From Candidatus Poribacteria bacterium (lineage in GTDB: Bacteria; Poribacteria; WGA-4E; WGA-3G), in assembly GCA_965242965.1 (NCBI GenBank), contig OZ251518.1, positions 3,712,001 through 3,776,000 of the forward strand: DNA of 64,000 bases. Direction: 5' to 3'. The notes beneath the pieces were generated by a model, which saw only the letters and a list, made by a program, of their open reading frames with translations, searched no databases and had not been told where the DNA came from. This document shows, one piece after another, positions 57,684 to 64,000 of this stretch (its first letter is position 1; every line of letters begins with the position of its first letter). Both the position numbers and the translations under genes were made by a program.

Positions 57684-58916
57684 ATGGAAAAACCGAGACT
57701 GCTGCTGTTATTTTTAACCCTATTTTTTGTGATGCTTGGGTTTGGCATCATCATTCCCAACCTCGCCTATTACGCCGAAGATATCGGGGCAACGCCCACC
57801 GAAATCGCCGTATTGATGTCCATCTATTCCGGGATGCAACTGCTGTTTGCGCCGCTGTGGGGCAGATTATCCGACAAGCACGGCCGCAAGCCTGCGATTC
57901 TGCTCGGTTTGCTCGGTAACGCTGTCGCGTTAGTTGGCTTCGGACTGGCGAAAAGTTACGTCTGGCTCTTCATTGCGCGGAGTGCAGCCGGTGTCGCGTC
58001 AGCGGCGGTGCTACCGACTGTAATGGCTTATGTCGCCGATGTGACGACAGAAGAAGAGCGCGGCAGCGGCATGGGCTTAATGGGCGCGGCGATGGGGCTC
58101 GGCTTCATCCTAGGTCCCGCGCTTGGCGGTATCATGGGCCGGCACGATGTGCCTTTCTTTGTCGCCGGTGGTTTATCGCTGCTGACGTTTCTCTTTGCGA
58201 TGTTCCTGTTACCGGAGTCCCTCCCTCTCAATAAGCGCGGTTTCAAACCGCACTTACCGGGGCCGGAGGCGCATGACGAATCCGGTCAAGGGAGCGCGAG
58301 GGACAGACTCTCGCACTACGGTTACAAGGAATTCTGGACAGGCCTGAAATCGCCGCTCAATTCGCTGTTTCTCGTCGCGTTTTTTACTACCTTCAGTTTC
58401 GCGGGCTTAGAAGCGACGTTCCCACTTTTCATTGAAAAAGGGTGGAACTACGGACAAAGAGAGATGGGGTGGATGTTCGCGATCATCGGCGTGATTGTCG
58501 TCCCGTTGCAAGGCGGTTTACTCGGACGGTTGATTAACAGGTTCGGCGAACGACGGCTTATCCTTATCGGGATGGTGCTGAATGCGGTAGGGATGGCACT
58601 TTTGTCCGGTCCTTCTTGGTTCGCGCCAACGTCGTTCCTGATGCTCACAAGTTATCTGACGCTCGCCGGCATCGGCAATCAACTCATCCGTCCGACGAAT
58701 ACGTCGTGGATTTCTAAACAGACGCATATTGGGCAAGGCACGGCTATCGGCATCATGGACGCGTTTTTAAGCCTGGGGCGTATCCTTGGCCCGCTTCTCG
58801 GCGGTTGGCTTTATGAGCAGGATGCGTATCCTTATCCTGTGTTGGCTGGCATTTTGCTGGTTGCGACGGTTTGTCTGTATGTCCCGTTGCGGCGCATTCG
58901 TCTCTTTCAGGATTAA
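57684..58916 (+). CDS. MFS transporter (TetA/DHA1-like)
   Basis: WGRLSDKHGRKP motif A, GFILGPALGG motif C, multiple TM helices. Confidence 0.92.
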   Translation: MEKPRLLLLFLTLFFVMLGFGIIIPNLAYYAEDIGATPTEIAVLMSIYSGMQLLFAPLWGRLSDKHGRKPAILLGLLGNAVALVGFGLAKSYVWLFIARSAAGVASAAVLPTVMAYVADVTTEEERGSGMGLMGAAMGLGFILGPALGGIMGRHDVPFFVAGGLSLLTFLFAMFLLPESLPLNKRGFKPHLPGPEAHDESGQGSARDRLSHYGYKEFWTGLKSPLNSLFLVAFFTTFSFAGLEATFPLFIEKGWNYGQREMGWMFAIIGVIVVPLQGGLLGRLINRFGERRLILIGMVLNAVGMALLSGPSWFAPTSFLMLTSYLTLAGIGNQLIRPTNTSWISKQTHIGQGTAIGIMDAFLSLGRILGPLLGGWLYEQDAYPYPVLAGILLVATVCLYVPLRRIRLFQD

Positions 58917-58920
58917 TACC

Positions 58921-59230
58921 AAATTAGGAGCAGGATTATCACGATTAGGAGCAGGATTATCACGATTAGGAGCAGGATTTCCACGATTAGGAGCAGGATT
59001 TCCACGATTTCCATGATTTCACAGGATTAGGTTTCTGACGCGCCGGCACCGTTTTGGCATGCCACGAGGTATTCGACCTATCATCTTGCGAAATCTTGTG
59101 AATCTTGTAAATCCTGCTCCGGATTTGCACGATTAGGAGCAGGATTATCACGATTTCCAGGATTTACCAGGATTAGGTCTCTGGTGCGCCGGACACCGTT
59201 TTGGCACACCACGGCGTATTCGATCCATCA
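58921..59230 (+). repeat. 21-nt tandem repeats (ACGATTAGGAGCAGGATTAT/TC) plus a duplicated ~100-nt block
   Basis: Four tandem units at 58921-59003, another near 59129, inverted AATCCTGCTCC at 59110. Confidence 0.9.
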
Positions 59231-59280
59231 GACTTGGGGCATCTTTAGGTCTGTAGGACCTTAATGTCTATAGAATGTGC

Positions 59281-59538
59281 TTAATAGATGCTACTCCGAT
59301 GCCCGATTTGGTAAACGGTCAGGTTTCGGGTGCGCCGGTCAAAGGAATAGAGCACGCGATAATGATGGGCGACCTTTAAACGGAACTTCCCAGAATGTTC
59401 ACCCTTCAGTGCATGGTGCCGACGTTCGTCGCACTCTCTACACAAATCTTCCAGTTTCTGGAGAGCCCGTCTTCGGATCGGAGCACTTAAACGCTGCAAA
59501 CCGGTTCTGGCCCGCGGTTCAAGAGTTAGCGTGTACAT
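59281..59538 (-). CDS. RelE/ParE family toxin
   Basis: 85 aa and basic; LKG..FRLKV..YRVLY..V.QIGHRSSIY; overlaps the upstream gene by 20 nt. Confidence 0.88.
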   Translation of the reverse strand: MYTLTLEPRARTGLQRLSAPIRRRALQKLEDLCRECDERRHHALKGEHSGKFRLKVAHHYRVLYSFDRRTRNLTVYQIGHRSSIY

Positions 59539-60286
59539 CTAACTCTACCCCAAATTCTTTCGCGAGTTCTGCAAGTGAGATTAGTTCCGCTGTGCCTGCT
59601 TCAACCGCCGCGATATCGCTATCAATCTCCTCCAAGAGATCCTGCCTCACCTCTAGTCCATCGTCCGAATCGTAATCATAAACCTCTAGGAATTGCTCCA
59701 TCTCCAAGTAGGAGACGAAGAATTCAAGGAACGCATATCGTAAACAGTTTTGCGCAGAAGTTTCTGGAAACCGAGCTGCCTCCTGCAGTGAAAACTGACC
59801 CGGGTTTACGGTGTCCGATGTTGTTGTGAGCAGTTTGGTAATCTGCATCCCCAGGTCAAAAATCGGCCAGTTGGCGAGTATCTCCAGCAGCGCGCGGAAA
59901 TCAGCGTCTGCTAATTCTGTCACCTTTATGTTCGGTGGCGGTTCGCCGAGAACGCCGAGTCCCATCCGTTTCGCGACGCGTCCCTCCTGCGATGTCTGCC
60001 GCTGCGCCTCAACGACTTTCACTCGGTGTTTTAGAAACGCCGCATCGTTATCACACGTCCCAAGAAGCGCGAGAAGAGAAACTTCCGCTTCTTCCAGATC
60101 GAAAGCAATCCCGAGGTATTCTTCAAAAAACTCACGGAATTCTTCTTCCAGTGCCACCCTGTCGGCATCCTCGGCGAGCAATACAACCAGCCGGTCGCGG
60201 GCAGTAAAAAGCGAGTCCTTCACAACCGAACCTACCCACTCGCGGAATTGCTTGGGGGTTAGCGTTGTAACATCTTTGACTATCAT
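59519..60286 (-). CDS. Putative antitoxin, unusually long (255 aa) and acidic
   Basis: ATG 60286 behind AAAAGGAG; C-terminus D.GLEVR..ISLAELAKEFG resembles small RelE partners. Confidence 0.65.
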   Translation of the reverse strand: MIVKDVTTLTPKQFREWVGSVVKDSLFTARDRLVVLLAEDADRVALEEEFREFFEEYLGIAFDLEEAEVSLLALLGTCDNDAAFLKHRVKVVEAQRQTSQEGRVAKRMGLGVLGEPPPNIKVTELADADFRALLEILANWPIFDLGMQITKLLTTTSDTVNPGQFSLQEAARFPETSAQNCLRYAFLEFFVSYLEMEQFLEVYDYDSDDGLEVRQDLLEEIDSDIAAVEAGTAELISLAELAKEFGVELDVHANS

Positions 60287-60329
60287 TAGAAACTCCTTTT
60301 CTCTTTCAAAACACAGTCTCGATTTCTTC

Positions 60330-60655
60330 CCGTAGGAGAGACCTCCTGGTCTCGATTCCCCGCGGTAAGAGAGACCTCCTGGTCTTGATGCAATAGGGCG
60401 GCGCGCCTTCCCGGGCCGCGGCGGCAGAAACCCCCCCTTCATCGTAGGACGGTGGGAAAACCTGTCCCTCGCCAGCGTAGGTCAGGATCGCCTGATCCTG
60501 ACCTGTTTGTGATCAGGCGATCACAAACTACAGAATGGGAAACGCACATCGGAACGATGGCGATCGCGGGGGACAGGCCCCCGCGCTACGGGATGCATCG
60601 AGACCAGGAGGTCTCTCCTACGGGGATGTATCGGGACAAGGATGTCCCTCCTACC
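60330..60655. repeat. REP-like palindrome array
   Basis: Same GTAG families. Confidence 0.88.
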
Positions 60656-60663
60656 GAAGAAAG

Positions 60664-63600
60664 TTAATCGTCAAATTCAGTCAACGGTGGCAACCGATGC
60701 GTCACTCGGCGCGTATTGTATTCAAGCCGATACCGCCGATGCGCCGCATCATCTGGATAATGCTCCGTATCGGGATAAGGGTAGGCGGACATCCCGTGAA
60801 ACGGCAACGGTTCAACTGTCTGCGAGGTAAGTGTGTTGATATCGCCGTCTTTGTCCCATCCGTCGCTATAGAGGATGAAGTCGCGCACCCATCCCGGCTT
60901 TAATTTCTGCAGGCGCGCCGCGTCAAATTCCACCGTGATTTCGTCACCGGCGTTGAGGATGACATACATATCGTCTACCGCCTGCAGCAACGGGTTCACA
61001 TCGCCGTAGCGAGTGTAGTGTCCCGCGAGATCTCGCCATTGCGCCGCTGGCGTCACCTTTTCGTAATCAAACAGATGCGGCGCGTGCGGTGTCGGACGAT
61101 ACATCTCCGAAAAACCACGATAGTGCAAGTCCGCGCTATCCGGTGTCAACTCCGTTATCTCCATCGGCACATCTTGCTCGCCGACGGTGAAAAATGCCGC
61201 GTCCCAATAAATCTGCAAATCGGTGTCAATCCGAACCTGTCTGTCGTCGGACAGGAACTTGCCAGTCATATCTACGGTAATCGTCTTGTTTTTGCCCGCG
61301 GGCAGGCCAATCATCTCAATAACCGTTTCCCATTCGCCTGCCTCGTTTTTCACTGAAACCGAAGGGAACTTCGGGCTGATTGCCGGATTTTGATAGAGCG
61401 CGACGTTGATGCTGGTATCTGTCGGGAAGATCCAGCCGCTGAGATAGAGCGTCACGGGCGTATCGCTGTCCGTAGCAGCCTGGGCATCGCTAGGGACAGG
61501 CCCTCTCCCTACGGGATGAGAAGTAGCACTGCCTTCTACGGCGAGATTGAGGATAATCGCGTGTGGTTCAACAACGCCTTGATGAGGCCCCGGGGCATGT
61601 TCTACGGCGTAACGGTAATCCACTGCGCGCAACGCATCCGAAACATCCTCGCCACGATGATTGAAAGCAGTGCTCGGATGCAGTTTTTCCGCAACGCCAT
61701 ACACCTTGAATTCGGCGAACGGCGGCGGTGTGTATTGCTCATTCGTGAAGATATCCGTGCCTTCCGGATGATCTACCGTGATGAGTTTCACCACGTCAAA
61801 ATAGGCAGTTTCCCACAATTCCTCCGTAATCTGAACGGAATATCTGCCCGATTTCGGTTGGATGTGAGATGCCGGAATTTTGACAAAATCTTTCGTTTCA
61901 TCGGGCGCGACGAACCCCATGGACGTAACGAGCCCCAACGGCGCACGCCACAACAAATCCGTGACAAACCGATACCGCTCACCGTCGTAGACATATAAAA
62001 ACGGACAAGAGCCCTTCAGAACCTGTTTTTCCAAGATGCGCTGTCTTGCCTTGGGCGCGATGACGTTTTGCGGCACCCCGTTTGTCCAGACTACGCGCAC
62101 CACATCAGCCGCCTCAAACGCGCCTAACCCGAAATGTGAAACCTGTTGCGAGACATACTGCACCTGATACAGGTCACCGACTTTCACCTCTAATTTTGAA
62201 CCGAGCCCATCACGATTGATTTTGTTATTGCCCGCCGTAATGCCCTCCAGTTTCACTTGAATCCAGTTGTTTTCGTTACCGCCGCGGTTTTGCAGCACGC
62301 GCAAGCTTCCCTCGTTGTCAATCACAACGAGATCCAGCGCACCATCATTATCTACATCGCCGACTGCACCCGTGATGCCAATGATATCCGGTGGTAGCAC
62401 ATCTTGCACCTCCGTGAACCTTCCCGTTCCATCGTTCCGAAGGAGTGCCATGCCGAGTTCGCCGATCATCCAGACATCAACAAACCCATCATTATCGTAG
62501 TCGAGATTGCGAACGGTAGTGACACGCGCGCCTGCTTGGAGTGGATATGGAAATCCACTGCTACGTTCTTGAACAAAATTGGCATCGCTTCCGTTAAGAT
62601 AGAGGTGATAACCCTTCTCCGCGGTCAAGAAGATATCGATGTCGCCATCGTTATCATAATCGCCAACCGTTGCGGCAGCGTAGTGTGCATCCTGAGCGAT
62701 GCCGATATCATCAGTTCGCGCGCGGAGTCTACCTTGGCGGAGGTTATCCCACAACGTGCTACCCGTTTCCTCGTGCGTCACGAAGATGTCAATGTCGCCA
62801 TCGTCATCGAAATCCGCAGCCAGTGCCGCCGTCGCGACTGAAGCATCGCGAGTGCCTGTCCCTTCCCCCACCGTGTCCTGCAGGAATGTCTGTTCCGAGA
62901 CATCCGTGAAAGTGCCATCGCCGTTATTGCGATACATTTGGAGCTCGCCGCCAGAAACCAAGTCCAAATCTCCATCGTGTTCTGCATCAATGGGCAATAA
63001 GAGAGGAACATGCCCTCGTCCTACCGTATCTGCATTGCTGAGGATTTCTGTCTGTTCAGCGAACGACGCTTCTTGCAAACGCGCCAGCACGATTCCCTCG
63101 CTAGTTGACAAGAGAAGTTCCTGCGTGCCATCCTTATCAATATCAGCGAACGCCGCCGAGTGCTCCCCCAACGCCGGAAATTGATAGGCGCGGATAAACT
63201 TTTCTCCCTCGTTCCGAAATAGCGTGCCTATCGGCGCGACATACATATCCAACTTGCCATCGCCATCATAGTCAGCAAGAGAGACAGAAGCCACCCCCGT
63301 GTCCGTAGACACTCGGAGATTGCCCAATCCGAGTTCCGATGTCACATCCACAAATTGCACCCGAATCGGTTCCGTATGTTTCGCAGTAAGCCGCGCTTTA
63401 AACCCTGGACTGAACCTTTCGATCGGATGCCCCAAAATGTCTGTCACCAACTCGCCGATGCCCTGCTGATACCGTGGTGTCGCGCGATGCAAATTTTCAA
63501 AGATGCGGAAGTTTCGCGATGCCGTTTTCACGTCACCCTGCTCAATCAGAGCCATTCCCTCTGTCAGATATTTCAGTTTCTCCGCGTCCGTATCCCATAA

Positions 63601-63999
63601 CAGCGCGTGCAATTCTGCACCCAGTTCCATCGCCTGTTCCCCTTCCGCTTGCCCTAGGCGCGCCTGAGCCAGTTTCATCAGCACGACAACGTTCGCCGGC
63701 GAGATGTCGTGTAGTGCTTGGAGATGCGTCACCGCCTCCCGCAGTGCCTCCTGATTGTTCCGCTGTCCGAGGTAGTGGCGCGCCAGTTTATAGCGAAATT
63801 CAAGGTTATCCGGGGCGAGGCGTACCGCCTCCGTCATCGCCTCAACCGCCAGTGCCGTTTTCCTCTGCAACTGATAAACCTCCGATAAAATGAAGTGGAG
63901 TTCGCTATCCATCGGTGCCACCTGAATGCCCTGTTTTACCGTCGTCTCAGCCGCATCCGCCTGCTGCAACCGTAAATGCGCGACAGCCAGATTACCATA
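60664..63999 (-). CDS. TPR + FG-GAP repeat + ASPIC/UnbV (CRTAC1-like) protein, 5'-truncated
   Basis: Repeated DYDxDGxxD motifs, HFGLG..VRVVWTNG, GSCPFLY, GWDKDGD; frame open to the window end. Confidence 0.9.
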   Translation of the reverse strand, partial: YGNLAVAHLRLQQADAAETTVKQGIQVAPMDSELHFILSEVYQLQRKTALAVEAMTEAVRLAPDNLEFRYKLARHYLGQRNNQEALREAVTHLQALHDISPANVVVLMKLAQARLGQAEGEQAMELGAELHALLWDTDAEKLKYLTEGMALIEQGDVKTASRNFRIFENLHRATPRYQQGIGELVTDILGHPIERFSPGFKARLTAKHTEPIRVQFVDVTSELGLGNLRVSTDTGVASVSLADYDGDGKLDMYVAPIGTLFRNEGEKFIRAYQFPALGEHSAAFADIDKDGTQELLLSTSEGIVLARLQEASFAEQTEILSNADTVGRGHVPLLLPIDAEHDGDLDLVSGGELQMYRNNGDGTFTDVSEQTFLQDTVGEGTGTRDASVATAALAADFDDDGDIDIFVTHEETGSTLWDNLRQGRLRARTDDIGIAQDAHYAAATVGDYDNDGDIDIFLTAEKGYHLYLNGSDANFVQERSSGFPYPLQAGARVTTVRNLDYDNDGFVDVWMIGELGMALLRNDGTGRFTEVQDVLPPDIIGITGAVGDVDNDGALDLVVIDNEGSLRVLQNRGGNENNWIQVKLEGITAGNNKINRDGLGSKLEVKVGDLYQVQYVSQQVSHFGLGAFEAADVVRVVWTNGVPQNVIAPKARQRILEKQVLKGSCPFLYVYDGERYRFVTDLLWRAPLGLVTSMGFVAPDETKDFVKIPASHIQPKSGRYSVQITEELWETAYFDVVKLITVDHPEGTDIFTNEQYTPPPFAEFKVYGVAEKLHPSTAFNHRGEDVSDALRAVDYRYAVEHAPGPHQGVVEPHAIILNLAVEGSATSHPVGRGPVPSDAQAATDSDTPVTLYLSGWIFPTDTSINVALYQNPAISPKFPSVSVKNEAGEWETVIEMIGLPAGKNKTITVDMTGKFLSDDRQVRIDTDLQIYWDAAFFTVGEQDVPMEITELTPDSADLHYRGFSEMYRPTPHAPHLFDYEKVTPAAQWRDLAGHYTRYGDVNPLLQAVDDMYVILNAGDEITVEFDAARLQKLKPGWVRDFILYSDGWDKDGDINTLTSQTVEPLPFHGMSAYPYPDTEHYPDDAAHRRYRLEYNTRRVTHRLPPLTEFDD

Positions 64000-64000
64000 G

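Noticed and set aside
58921-59003. CRISPR array
   Set aside because: Contiguous tandem repeats without unique spacers
1-64000. Transposase, RAYT, integrase, prophage, rRNA or tRNA genes
   Set aside because: No ORF or sequence with the required motifs was recognised; the enzymes mobilising the repeats must be encoded elsewhere or lost

Overview
GC-rich bacterial chromosome segment, probably Candidatus Poribacteria. This is inferred from secreted LamG, lamin-tail and FN3 proteins ending in a KLxTxWxxLK motif, an ASPIC/UnbV protein, iol genes and a very heavy load of palindromic repeats. Core genes include nfo, obgE, proB, proA, lgt, livFG, folE, eda, iolC, iolD, rlmB, radC and dnaE. Defence-type genes include a DUF499 ATPase, a DUF1156 methylase, a GIY-YIG nuclease, a type ISP-like methylase, Uma2 and a RelE toxin-antitoxin pair. 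Nearly every intergenic region holds GTAG-type REP-like palindromes. Main observations: (1) a DUF4159 gene is interrupted by one in-frame TGA (31454-31456) followed by a hairpin containing the E. coli fdhF SECIS core GCAGGTCTGC, making it a candidate new selenoprotein; (2) the repeats form layers: several covarying REP families, 300-660 bp MITE-like cassettes with GAGGGTGTTTCATA inverted ends, 8-9 bp target duplications and variable REP cargo, REPs inserted in frame in at least five proteins, and repeats that supply the stop codon of six genes; (3) an identical 19-nt leader precedes both obgE and dnaE; (4) a reduced DUF499/DUF1156 restriction-like locus is paired with a GIY-YIG nuclease; (5) a possible tetrahydrobiopterin operon. 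No rRNA, tRNA, CRISPR-Cas or transposase gene was recognised. All family assignments come from reading motifs by eye, not from database searches.
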